The notes under the pieces are model-generated. The model had not been told where the DNA came from and searched no databases. It saw only the letters and a program-made list of their open reading frames with translations. The position numbers were made by a program, and so were the translations under genes. 64,000 nt of DNA from Azolla caroliniana. Lineage: Eukaryota > Plantae > Polypodiophyta. The DNA is taken from assembly GCA_043228905.1 (NCBI GenBank), contig JBHGNT010000009.1:20646001-20710000 (forward strand). Reading direction: 5' to 3'. Below are positions 1 to 12,520 of the stretch, piece by piece. The stretch's first letter is position 1. Every line of letters starts with the position of its first letter.

Positions 1-2000
1 AGAATGTTGCCCTTGCTTCAGATATTTTCACCATTGGTGCGTGTGTAATGCGACAAGGAAAGGAATGATGTTTGTACATTTTGTTAATATTTTTTATCTC
101 ATGCTCATTTGATTGATTCACGCCGGTATTACAAAGCCATCATAATATTAGGAACCATAAGATATGCATGGCTTTGTAAACATAACTAGACGCAATAAAT
201 TTACTATAATGATAGTTGATAACAATTTTTAGTTCCTACAATGAAAGAGTTAGAATGGGCTATCACATGACATGCTTAATATAGAGAAGATGAAGAAGAT
301 GGAAGAGACGCACTAGATGACATGATAGTAGAAATCAGAGGTGATGAGAATCAAGGGATGCAAACATACATATGAGAACTAAGATTTGGTATATATGGAC
401 ATTGTAAACTAGAATTAAACATTACCTTTATTTTGTTCCTCATTGACTCCATCACTAACCTCGATATCACACTGAAGGCATGCCTTGAATGACACATTTC
501 AATCTTCCTCAACATTAATCCAACAAAACTTTCACACTAGCACAACAATACACAAAAATTACATCAAATGAACAATGATATTCAAGGATTCTCATATGCA
601 AATGGAAGCTTGAAATCATTTTCGAATATGAATACAAATTAAAACCTCATAATTCAATCTCAATTTGTTGTCGTTAAAGGAAGACAAAGTATCCATGCTA
701 CCATATATTGAGAATGTTGATGTATAAGCATGTAGTTCGGTTTTCATATTTGATCATTCCCATAAAAAGGAAGACCATGTTTTGGCAATATTCAAATATG
801 ATCAATTTTCTTTACGAGCATCTATTCATACAAATAACAAAGGTACTTTACACATACACGAGCACACACATATGACAATGGGAAACACATTGAAATATGA
901 TTGAGACTAATGATAGTTTTTTGTCGGGGATTCATGATATTTCTAATAGTTTACACCATCAATGGGAATGAACAAACAAACAAAATTGGATTAATAAATA
1001 AAAATAGAATCCTTTGCTTACCTTGACCTTGTGGGTGAGAACAAAGATGGAGGTGAAAAATTTGTGAAAGGAATGGAGTAGAAGGAAAAAATTTCCCTTC
1101 CCTAAAACAACATTCTTGAAGAGAAGAGCATAATAGCACAAAACAAGAAAGAAGATAGTGGACATTGGATCATGGATACAACTCTTGTTTCTTTTTATTT
1201 ATGATTTTAATTGTTCATTATTTTCATGTATATTTGGGAGTGTGGCTCTCAACAACATTCTTGACAAGATCGTGAACTGAACAAAAAAGAAATGCCAATG
1301 GATCAAGAGGAAGTGGATATTTGCAAGCATCAATGATCATCCTTAAAATATCTAACACTAATGCTTCAAACATTGGAAACTTGAGCTTACACATGCTTGC
1401 AACATAGGTTCAAATCTCGAGTATTTGGTTTTGCGTTGCATTGGTCACGACACTCCTCATGCAAAGTTTAGTGTGATTCATCCTAAAATGACGGCAATTC
1501 AAAGATTGCTTTGAAGAAGAACCAATTCATAGAAGTAGACTCTATTTTTGTGAATATGAAATCACCTTGCACGTATATCTGTCGAGAGGATTGATTTCTG
1601 AGGTGGGGACCATAACCAACAGAGAATGCTCAAAGCAAGTCAAACACACAAACATTGACTCCAATATTTGAAATCTTGGCATCTTAATCAATGTCTAATT
1701 GAGAGAAACAATAAAATGTGATTACCGAGCATAAAATGGCATTTGATATGATTCTCTAGCGATTTTCACTAGCTTCTTCTATTTTAAAAATCAAGTGTCA
1801 AGAATCAGAGTATCTGAACGAGAGAAACACGCGCTTGAAAGTAGTGAGGTAGGCGATTATCGAGCACAAACAAGCACGTTCAATACGACTTTCTATCCGG
1901 TGCCATGTCTAATATGAAATAAGCATGGCATTTTTAGAATGATGTGATTATATATGCATTTTACATGTAGAAAGAGAAACGATGATGAACCATCCTCCAG

Positions 2001-2176
2001 GTGGGCACGCAGAGGAGCATTTTGGCAATTTACTAAAATCGGAGGGCATTTTGGTAATTTACGAAAATAGAGGACAATTTGGTAATTTGTGGGCACGCAG
2101 AGGGGCATTTTGGCAATTTACTAAAATCGGAGGGCATTTTGGTAATTTACGAAAATAGAGGACAATTTGGTAATTT
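2001..2176. repeat. 88-bp direct tandem duplication built from GGGCATTTTGG(C/T)AATTT-like subunits, upstream of CWC25
   Basis: 2001-2088 and 2089-2176 are near-identical (gtgggcacgcagagg...gaggacaatttggtaattt). Confidence 0.85.
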
Positions 2177-2417
2177 TCTGATATTAGAAGGGTATAAAGC
2201 AAAACCTAATAATAATGAAAATAGAACAGAGAAATGGCGAGAGAGACAGAGAAGGCGGAAACAGAGGCGAGTATCTGAGACAGAGACAAGGGATCGCAGA
2301 CAGAGACAGGTACAGAGACAGTACAGAGACAGGTACAGAGACAAGGACAGGTACGGAGACAGAAACAGGTACAGGTACAGGTATAGAGGGCGGGGCAGGG
2401 GGGAGGAGCTCAGAGCG

Positions 2418-5400
2418 ATGGCCCTCAAGTTTCTCAACAAGAAGGGATGGCACACTGGGAGCCTCCGCAACATCGAGAACGTGTGGAAGGCAGAGCAGAA
2501 GCATGAAGCGGAGGAGAAGAAGCTCGAAGAGTTGAAGAAGCAGATCCAAGACGAGAGAGAAGCACAGGAGTTTCGCCTTCTCCAAGAACAAGCAGGCCTA
2601 ATACCGTAAGTACTTCTCTCTCTCTCTCTCTCTCTCGTTGCACTTTTGTACCGGGTAGATTTTACAGAAAGGATACAAAAGATCCCCTACAGTTTTTCCT
2701 TATTTCCTCGAATACTATGTTTTGGCTGTTTCCCCCAATGCCCCCAAGCAATCCCTGTAAAGAAGAAAAAGGGGATTGACTGACTATATAATTGCTAGAG
2801 GAGGGAGGGGAGGCTGATCAAAGGCGTTTGGGGAATCAAAATAAAAACTTGAGAGTGTTTTGAAGTTATTTTAAAGAAGCAGCTGTTGTAGAGGCTGCAA
2901 AACCTTGCGAATTAAGGGAAGATGCAAAGTTTCTGTTATCTTTTCCAAACTTGACTTACATCATCTGTGTATGAGCAAAAGCCTCCTTTTGTTACCATGC
3001 AAAAAATTTGGATTTCAAGGATTCATACTGAATGAAGTTTCGAGGAGCATGCTGGTATGGAGTCAAGATGATAATGAGGGTGATCAAGATTCACAAATAG
3101 TTGGCTCAAGTCCAAAAATTTAGTTAGCAAAGATCTAGAGAGTTTAGACTACGAACAGTGGGCGGAGTTAATATTTTTTAATCTGAGGAAATTTTACTAA
3201 CCTACTAAACGCTGGCTTAACCATAGGAAGGTATGAATTTGGCAGCATATTGAAGTATAACTTCACCTTTTTTAGACGATGCATGAAAATTTTGTCATAT
3301 GCCATGTTGAACAAGGATTAGCATTTAGATTGTGGATTATAAAATTGTTTTACCTTTTGAAATTTGTCATATGCCATGTTGAACAAGGATTAGCATTTTA
3401 GTGTGAATGTTCAACTGGTTTGAGCTTGAAATCTGTTATCACCATGTTGCAGGGTGAGGAATACTTCTATATGAACTAGATAGTTTGATTTGAATCATAA
3501 CAAAGTTAAACAATTGCATTTTTTGTGCTTTTAAAACGTGCAGAAAACAGGAACGTCTGGAATTTCTTTATGACTCTGGTTTAGCAGTTGGAAAAGTTTC
3601 GACAGATGAGTATTTGCTTGGAAAGCCTGTTGAACCTGAAAAAGCTCAAACTGAGGTTGAAAAGGTAAAATCTCATTCTGAAGTCGATAAAAAAGAATTT
3701 CAGCATCTATTTATCATGAATCTGTTTTCTTGCTCATATCTTGCTGTTTGTAGGGCTTATATTTTTCTCCACATGTTCGTGAATAGTTTTATTTACATTG
3801 TAGCTAAGCTCTATAGTTTGTAACATCCATTTCTCTCTCACTTACAGCCACTCTCTCAAGTTGTTGGCTTAGAATATTCTGCCATTAAAAGGAACAGCAT
3901 TAGATCCTTTTTAGCTAACTTTAGGGTATTTCTTGGTTACATTCTATATATAGAGTGGAAGTTAAGCACGGGTATTTATTTTAAATGATATATTTTCTAG
4001 CTGTTTTATCCACACCATAACCTCTATCCCAGCACATTGCATTTGCAACATGCAATATTATGATTGATCAGAGTTGGAGATATCGATGAGAATGATTGCT
4101 TTCGTAACAGTCAGCAGCGGCTCCTGGTGCACTTTTTGTTGATGAGAAGCCACAATCTGCAAATGATCAATGGCGAAAACTTCATTCTGATCCTCTTTTA
4201 CTGATAAGGCAACAGGAACAAGCTGCACTTGCACGCATTAAGAACAATCCAGTGAAAATGGAGATGATAAAGAAATCGGTATGTATCTATATACCTCTTA
4301 GCCGTCTGAAATATGATTTACTGCAATGAGCTACTATAAAGAAATAAGGTTAAATATAGCATAATGAGAATCTAGCATGTGGCATTGTAGTTTTCTAGTC
4401 ACGTGAGATCTGCAGTTAGTGTTCATGATTCAAATATAGTGATCCCATTCAAGCCCTAGTGTCATGAAAGACACATATAACAAGAACATGCTTTGATTTC
4501 CTCTCTAAGAGGATGTAAAGCTTTCATTTTTATTATTTGAAACATGTGCCTTTAGATATGATCTAAACACAAACTTAGTCAAGGAAAATGAGCTTTTCGA
4601 TGTGTTATATTAAAAATGATTTCTATATCTCTTTATGCATTGAAAATGTTCTATCTTCTACTCCCGACATTTTTATCTTCTAACTCGATGTTTTACATTT
4701 TCTCATCTATTCTATGTTTTCCTCTACCAGATCGTGGAGAAGATCTCAAAGAAGGAGAAGAAGCAAAGGCACAAAGAGAAGAAGCACAAGGAAAAGCAAA
4801 GAAAGAGGAAGCATTCATCTGACTCTGAAGAATCTATCGACAATCAGAATTTGGATAACAAGGGAAAGGACAAAGCTGATGATGTAAAGGATGAGAAGGT
4901 GAAGGCCAGAAAAGAAAGGAGGGAGGCTGAACACAGTTCACATATTAGTAGACGTGAAAGTCCTAGGAAGATGAAGGAGAGTCCTAAGAAAAGGCATGAC
5001 AGCCCTGACTCTGCCATAGAAAGGAGGCGAGACACTTACAGGGCAGAATACAGTCCACATATCCGTAGACATAAGAGTCCTAGGAAAAGGCATGACGGCC
5101 CTGATTCTAGTGGAGAAATGAGGCAAGACACTTACAGGGCAGAACACCGTCCACACATCAGTAGACATGAGAGTCCTAGGAGAAGGCAGGATAGTCCAAG
5201 GAAAAGGCACGACAGTCCTGATTCTGTTGGAGAAAGGAGGCGACACACTTACAGGGCAGAACATAGTCCACACACTAGTAGATATGAGAATTCTAGGAGG
5301 CAGCAGGACAGTCCAAGGAAAAGGCATTATGGTGCAGATTCTGTTGGAGAAAGGAGGGGAGACAATTCCAAGGCAGACCACAGTCCATACGTTAGTAGAC

Positions 5401-6488
5401 ATGAGAATCCTAGTAAGGGGCAGGATTGTCCTAAGGAAAGGAGAAGGCATGACAGCCCTGATTCTGTTGGAGAAGGGAGACGAGATGCATATAGGATTCA
5501 AGAGAGTTTCAGGAAAGGGCGTCACAGCCCTGATTCTGTGGTAGAAAGTAGGCGAGATCCATACAAGAGGCAGGAGAGTCCTAAGGAAAGGCGCGACAGC
5601 CCAGATTCTGTTGGAGAAAGGAGGCAAGCCACATATAGGAGGCACAGTAGCCCTACTAGGGATCAATCAGCAAACGCAAGAAGGTCATCCAAGGAACGGG
5701 AATCGTCAAAACAAGATACAGTAGACAGCGATGAAGGTAGAAGTAACCATGTCAACAGTTTGAGTCCTAGAAGGGGATCCAGAAGGCATGATAGTAGAAG
5801 CCCAGATGGCTTTGATTCTCATGGGATGGAACTGTCATTCAAAAAACATGATGTGGCAAAGGCAAATGATATTCAATATAGAAGGCATCATAAGTCTGGG
5901 AGTCCCAGGAGAAGCTCCAGGAGTCCAAAAAGGAGAGTTGACTATTCCCATAGGCAGGGTGATAGTCCTAAAAGAGGACCGAGGAGATGGGACAGTAAAA
6001 GCCCTCCTAGAGTTCGGCATGACAGAAGATATGATAGTCCTGATTCCTCCGATGTTGGTAAACAATGGATGAAGTCAAGAGAAAAGAAGGAAATCTCAAT
6101 TGACAAGAAAGTTGAAGTTGCTGTCAAGAACGAGGAAAAGTGTATTGGTCTTGATAACATGGAAGAGAACAGACAAAGGTATAAACATAAAGTGGGAAAA
6201 CTTTCTGAAGAAGAAAAGGCAGAACGCCTGAGAGCAATGCAGATAGATGCAGAGGTTCATGAAGAGCAGCGCTGGCATCGTCTAAAGAAGGCCTCTGATG
6301 CGGATAAGCTCGAAGAAGCTAGAGGAACGGTTAATGGAAACAACTTTCTTGATGTGACTGCAAGAAATATCTATGGGGCAGCAGCAGAAGGGAACATCGC
6401 TTCTGTAGAAGAAAGTGTGAGAAGACGCACTCATTTTATTAAGCGATCAATAGGAGACAGCAACGAGAACACTTTCCAAAGATCATAA
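2418..6488 (+). CDS. CWC25: Pre-mRNA splicing factor CWC25 homolog, 4 exons: 2418-2605, 3544-3664, 4111-4278, 4731-6488 (744 aa)
   Basis: The N-terminus MALKFLNKKGWHTGSLRNIENVWKAEQK is the Cir_N/CWC25 motif. ERLEFLYDSG, ANDQWRKLHSDPLLLIRQQE and the C-terminal LSEEEKAERLRAMQ...SVEESVRRR follow. All introns are GT-AG, and the exon lengths sum to 2235 nt in frame. Confidence 0.9.
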
Positions 6489-8404
6489 ATTACAATTTAT
6501 AAGTTTGCAGTTCAACCCTAAACAAGCTCATAACAGATAGCACAAGGCTTACTGATGGTTATGTTTGGTTTCTGACCGAATGTGGTAGATTTATCTTGTT
6601 GCATTCTCCTAACTGAGCAATCATTCAGCATGTCATGTGTTTATCTTTCACCTGTTGTATGTATGTACTTGACTATGACATATTGTGGGATTATCTCTTT
6701 TATGGTGATTTTTTTACTATTCATTTGTGTTGTAAGTAGTTACTTTTGGTGTTATTCCATCGAATTCTCACGTGGTATGTCAAGTTTTCCACACCCTAAA
6801 AGGGTGGTAACCTCAACGAACAATTGTATATTGGGGTTTCTTCTTAATTAATAAGAACAGTTTCTGTTCCGTATGCAAGAAATTCATGCAAGAGTGATTT
6901 ATAACAAAGATCAGTTGTGATTAATACCAACATGACTTAGGGACAAACTGAATTGCTGTTGGCTTTGCTTGAATGTTCCATGAAATTATTGCAATGTGCA
7001 GCAACAAAAACCAACTAACCCAAGAGAAGCTATAAATTGTGGTATGAAGCTTTATTTGGTTCCAAAAAATATCCACGGTTGTGGAAAATAAGTAAATTAA
7101 TACTTAAAATATATTTATGCATGTATGAATGAAGCATTGAAGTAAGTTCTAATAATGATTTCAGGAATTAATTGAAATTTTGTAAATCTGAGTAATATGA
7201 TAGTTGAAATTCCATAACCAAATCCCTGAATTAGGATGCAGAATGTTGAAATAGATTAACGAGAGATTTTAGGAAAGGGCTTTCTGATTCAGAAAATCAG
7301 AGGAAGAACTCAGGAGAGAGTACCCCAATGATGCATTTTAAAAAAGGACTTTCTGATTCAGGAAATCAGAGAGTAAGAAAGACTTGGGGGGAGTAGCCCA
7401 GTGATGCAGATACATTGAAGACTATAAATGTCAGCAGTAAAAACGTGACAAGAATTTCATTGTTTGTCTTACCAATTCTAGTGTCTCATGCATGGAGACG
7501 CCACACCCATATAACTTGGCCTTACTGAGTAACGTAAGAGCCAATCCATTGAGTTACAAATGTATATAAGCCCATGGTTTATAAGGAGAGATTCTTGAGT
7601 ATCCACAAAATAAACATTATGATAATACAAAGATGTGACAAAATATGCAAAATGAACATTTGCATGAATAAAGATTGAACAAATTTTGTTATAAAAAATG
7701 TGCTTTTATTAGCGATGGATTGAAAAAATATATATAATAAACACAATGCCCTCAAATTTTGAGTCATAAAATCAAAATTTAGATGTACATGGATAGAAAT
7801 CTGTCTGAAACAAAACCGACATGCTTTCATCAATACACACATTGTATTCTTGCATCATGGGATATAGTACGCACATTATTAGAAGTCTTATGGCCCAATT
7901 TGTATACATGTGTTTACCTAGTAGTATGAGAGTTTAAATAGGATCAGATGCAAAAGTTCATCTTTGGGCTTTAAGTAATATTTGATTGACCTTATATGAT
8001 CTCTCTCCCTAAAGCTCTATTTACTTTGGTTTTTTGCTTAATGTTTCTTTTATTACATGAGGTACGTAAGGCTACTGATTCTTTTGGTTCTTAATCAGCT
8101 TAAGCCACCAATTCTGCCATCCTACGAGTTTCATAGGCATACCTAGTTGCATTAGATAGAAAAATTAGTTTGTTTTTGAGTTGTAGCTTCATTGACATCT
8201 GCATCAACAACTGTTACTATTTCGTTGATGTTCATTAGTGCTTAAATGTACATCTCTGATGTATACTTATGACTCTAGCCTTCTCCTCTTCAGGCTTCTT
8301 TTGTTAATGGCCATTCAATGATGGAAATGTTAGGGTTGTGACAAAATACACAAATTTATAAAATAAACAAAATAATCTCAGATAAACAATGGTTCATCCA
8401 CATG

Positions 8405-10951
8405 CTAATGGGCATATCCGTCATTGGCTTCAATCTCGTTGGCATCTTCCTCCACATGAACAGTTGCATAAATGTTTCTCATGCATACATATGGCACAGA
8501 ATCAGTTTCATTTAATTGTACTGCATAATCGAAGGCAAACTTTCCAAGTTTTATATTTCCCAATCTTTGACAAGAACCCAATAGTGCTGCCCACATTGGA
8601 AGATAGTCTGAAGTTGGGATCTTCTCTATCAGTGCTATTGAATGCTCAAACAATCCGAGCCGACCAAAAAGATCAACCATGGATGTGTAGTGCTCTGAAG
8701 TAGGGATAATGTTGTAGCATTTGCTCATCGACTCAAAGTATAATTGGCCCATGTCAAGCAAACCAGAGTGACTGCATGCATTAAGGACTACACTAAACGT
8801 GACTGCATTTGGCTCTATACCTTCTCCTATCATCTTGTTGAATAATTCAATAGCCATCTCATCATAGCCTAGATGGCCATATCCAGCTATCAGGGCAGTC
8901 CAAGATACCACATTTTGGCACTGAATCTCATTAAATTCAGTTTGAGCTTTTTCAACTATGCCACATTTTGCATACATGTCCAACAATGCATTGCCCACCA
9001 AGACATCTTCTTGCAGTTGCCCATTTATTATCTTGGCATGTATTTCTCTGCCCCTATTAATTGCTCCAATGCTACCAGATGCTTTCAACATACAAACAAG
9101 AGTAACCACATTTGGCATAGCACTCTCACAGTGCATTCTTTCAAAGCATTGAAGTGCCTCTTCTCCATGCCCTTGCTGTGCATATCCTGAAAGAAGTGTT
9201 GTCCAAGAGACAATATCTCGAACCAAAAGCTCATCAAACACTTCTTGTGCTTTTGTGAGCATATTACATTTACTATACATATCCACCAATGCATTCCAAA
9301 CTTGAGTATTTTGTTCCCATATCCTTTCTCTACTGATATATTCATGTATTTCGATACCCTTGTCCAGTGCTCCTGTGCTGCTACAGGCTTTCAAGATGCA
9401 AATGATAGTGACCTCATTGGGCCATTGGCCTTCATGTTGCATTTGTTTCAAGCAGCCGAAGGCTTCTTCAATAAGTTTCTCTTGAGCATAGCCGGAAATG
9501 AGTGCAGTCCAAGATACAATGTCCCGAATCTTAATTTCTTCGAGCACCTTTCTTGCTCTTAAAAGTGCACCACATTTGGCATACATATGAATCAATTCAT
9601 TCTGAAGAAGAATCTCTTTATCAAACAATTCTTCTTTATGAAGCCGAGTATGTATCATTTTGCCCTTCTCGACCTCCCCTAGATTACCACAGCTCTTTAA
9701 GATGCAAAAATAAGTGACCATATTTGGCAAGATGCTCTCGCGTTGCAATGATCCAAAATGATTCAATGCTTCTTCATCTTGCCCATATTGACTATTTCCT
9801 GTGATAATTGTGTTCCAGCAAGTCACATCTCTAGCTAGAAATCCACTAAAAATCTCTTTTGCTTGAGTGAGTTCACCACATTTGGCATACATATTCACCA
9901 ATGCATTCCCTACCATAATATTATTCCTTACCAATGGCTGGCTTAGAATCTTGGCGTGTACTTCCTTCCCTATGTTGATGCTCCCACATGCTTTTAAGAC
10001 AGAAACAAAAGTAGCTGCATCCGGAGACAATCCCTCACAGCTCATAGATTTGAACCATTTCAATGCTTCTTCAGCATGCTCATGTTCAGCATAATTTGCA
10101 ATCAACACATTCCAAGCTATTCCATCTCGATCATGAAGGTTATCAAAGACTTCTTGTGCTTTTGCAAGTGCCCCACATTTACCATACATATCCACCAATG
10201 CAGTTCCAATCAATCTACCCTTATCCAGGAACAAAAGGCCCTCTTTAATAATCTCACCATGTACTTTTTGACCCTTATCAAGGCTTCGAATGCTACCACA
10301 AGCTTTCAAGATAGAGAGAAACGTGACCACATCAGGCAACACTCCCTCTCTCTGCATTTGTTCAAAGAAATCAAGTGCTTTCTGGCCATCTCCATGTTTG
10401 GCATATCCTGTGATCAACACACTCCACGATACTACATCTCTTATCCTAATCTCATCAAATACTACTTGTGCTTTCATAATCATACCACATTTTATGTACA
10501 TATCCACCAATGCCGTGCCAAGCATAGTATCCTCATCCTTTTCCTGAAAACCTCCTCCCTTGACGATCTGAGAATGTATTTTTTGGCCCTTTTCAGCGTC
10601 TCTTATATTACCACAAGCTTTCAAGATGCAAATGAATGCAAAGGCATCTGGAAATATTCCTTTGCATTGCATATATTCAAAACATTTCAGTGCTTCCTCA
10701 TCGTAGCCATGATGGGAATACCCTTCTATGAGAGAAGTCCATGCCACTACATTTTGTATAGGAAGCCTATCAAATACTTCTTGTGCCTCTTCAAGTGAGC
10801 CACATTTCGCATACATATTTACCAAGGAACTGCCCACATAGATATCTTGGTCCAGAAACCCTAATTTTACTACATCAGCATGTACTCTGATTCCTTGACA
10901 TAGATCCTTCTGTTGTGCAAAAGATTTAAGCAAGAGCGAATACTTTCTCAT
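8405..10951 (-). CDS. PLS-class pentatricopeptide repeat protein with E-type C-terminus and no DYW domain (putative organellar RNA-editing factor)
   Basis: 848-aa ORF of repeated ALVDMYAKCG...VVSWTALI.GY...P..VTF..ILKAC triplets. It ends in P..EHY.SMVDLFGRLG...WAALLGSC...YVCMRNIYA and has no HxE/CxxC deaminase motifs. Confidence 0.92.
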   Translation of the reverse strand: MRKYSLLLKSFAQQKDLCQGIRVHADVVKLGFLDQDIYVGSSLVNMYAKCGSLEEAQEVFDRLPIQNVVAWTSLIEGYSHHGYDEEALKCFEYMQCKGIFPDAFAFICILKACGNIRDAEKGQKIHSQIVKGGGFQEKDEDTMLGTALVDMYIKCGMIMKAQVVFDEIRIRDVVSWSVLITGYAKHGDGQKALDFFEQMQREGVLPDVVTFLSILKACGSIRSLDKGQKVHGEIIKEGLLFLDKGRLIGTALVDMYGKCGALAKAQEVFDNLHDRDGIAWNVLIANYAEHEHAEEALKWFKSMSCEGLSPDAATFVSVLKACGSINIGKEVHAKILSQPLVRNNIMVGNALVNMYAKCGELTQAKEIFSGFLARDVTCWNTIITGNSQYGQDEEALNHFGSLQRESILPNMVTYFCILKSCGNLGEVEKGKMIHTRLHKEELFDKEILLQNELIHMYAKCGALLRARKVLEEIKIRDIVSWTALISGYAQEKLIEEAFGCLKQMQHEGQWPNEVTIICILKACSSTGALDKGIEIHEYISRERIWEQNTQVWNALVDMYSKCNMLTKAQEVFDELLVRDIVSWTTLLSGYAQQGHGEEALQCFERMHCESAMPNVVTLVCMLKASGSIGAINRGREIHAKIINGQLQEDVLVGNALLDMYAKCGIVEKAQTEFNEIQCQNVVSWTALIAGYGHLGYDEMAIELFNKMIGEGIEPNAVTFSVVLNACSHSGLLDMGQLYFESMSKCYNIIPTSEHYTSMVDLFGRLGLFEHSIALIEKIPTSDYLPMWAALLGSCQRLGNIKLGKFAFDYAVQLNETDSVPYVCMRNIYATVHVEEDANEIEANDGYAH

Positions 10952-11799
10952 GTGGGCTTCGTGATAACGCTCTCAACTGACGATGATGGTGAGCAAAAGC
11001 ATCGTTTCCTATGATGAAATTCCTTCGTTTTTTTCTTTTTCCAGCCATAGCTCCCCATCAGTGTGCAGAGCTTGATCTCAGCAAAGCTCTGCATGATCCA
11101 ACAAGAAGCTTTCATCGATGTGAAACAAGAAGCTCGAGATTATAGCTCAAAGATCCCAGTACACGGAAAATTATTCAGAAATATACCCCCAACCCCTCAA
11201 AATCAGGCTGTATTTGATATTCGAAGTGGATCGATCAATAGACCCCGAATGTGGATCACTTCTCCGAGCGATCGAATGTGTTGTGGTAAGTGAAGCTTTC
11301 GAAAGTGGGTAGAGCTCAGAATGTCCTTCGAGCAACTACCGGGCGAGTGGGTCTAATCGATCCGCTCTAAAACACTTTGCATCGCTTCATATGAAAATCT
11401 TTGAATGGCTTCTCAATTCTATAAACTCGAAGAAGTATCGTCTCGAGTCTGGTGTTGCACAACTACTCATCACTTGATCGATCCTACCAATGATGGCAGA
11501 GGTCTTATAGATGATATTTTATATGTTACTGTGAATAGTGAAGCCCAACATTGTTGGCCAAGTATGCTTTCTATTGTTGAGTGCCATGCTAAACCGTCAG
11601 GATCTTGTTCCCGTTTGTCTTCTTCCTTGTAGCTATGGCGTAGGATCTTTTTGGGTCTTGAGGGAGTAGGCCATACTTAGCTTTCTCTAACTCCAACAAT
11701 GAGTATATGAGCACAAAATTCATTCGCAATAAGCTAAAGAGGAATAACTTCGTGTTATAGCCAATTTGATGCTAGACATTAACAAATTTAATAGTTCAT

Positions 11800-12520
11800 A
11801 TTGGTTAACATATTGTATGGTTCTACTGTCTACCTAATGTTATAAGTGTGGTCACTTGTTTTGCATAGAAAGGTACAAGGTGATGACATCCCTTTTGTAT
11901 ACTTGGTTGAATATAAATGGGGGGTTCCAACTCTCATTGTTTTTGAGAAGGTCAACACCAAACATTGGGTGTATTGGTTTCTATCGAAATCAACTCACAT
12001 ATTTATCTTCATTGCTATTGCTTCTCCTTTTTTTTTGTCTTTTTTATGTTCTATTATTGCTCTGTGCTCCATGACATCTATAACTTTTTGAAAGACTTGC
12101 AGAAGTGAAGAGATGATTAATCAGTTGTTGAGAAGAAGAGAAAGAGTTTTGTTGAGGTGGGAGCAAAATCGCTTGAAGATAACCACCATATCAATGAGTC
12201 AATAAGGCTCGAATATTTGCAAGTTTGATGGAGCAAACTTCACCCTATGGAATAATTAGATTGAGGATATTCAAATTCATGCATCGACAAAGACTCCTCT
12301 TACTATCTGCTTGAAATCTATCAAAGGCTAAGGAAGATCAACAAAGTGTCAAACTGAGGGTTGGAAATCATTGATATCAATTGGTGACTAGATCATTGTT
12401 CATTGTTCATGAGTTAGTGCTAAAGAGTTGATTGAGGATGTAATTCAAGGACAATGAGAGATGCCTATCAAGTGGGACATGAAGGTACGGGGTTTCTAAA
12501 TCATCAAAATGTAGATGCCT
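11800..12520 (+). mobile_element. Degraded Ty1/copia-like LTR and gag remnant (boundaries approximate)
   Basis: ~12221-12270 translates to KFDGANFTLW...IEDI, resembling the copia gag N-terminus. An LTR-like TATA region lies upstream; the sequence is heavily decayed. Confidence 0.35.

Noticed and set aside
2079-2417. In-frame Arg-rich N-terminal extension of CWC25 in the ORF track
   Set aside because: It is translated GA-rich hexamer repeat with a non-ATG start; the conserved CWC25 N-terminus begins at ATG 2418.
4844-6278. Antisense and alternative-frame ORFs over CWC25 exon 4 (and likewise over the PPR gene)
   Set aside because: These are shadows of repetitive coding sequence with no recognisable motifs.
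7270-7410. ~70-bp imperfect duplication with a ttctgattcagaa palindrome between the CWC25 and PPR 3' ends
   Set aside because: It is a short local duplication (like those at ~3290-3400 and ~46640-46800) with no evidence of function.
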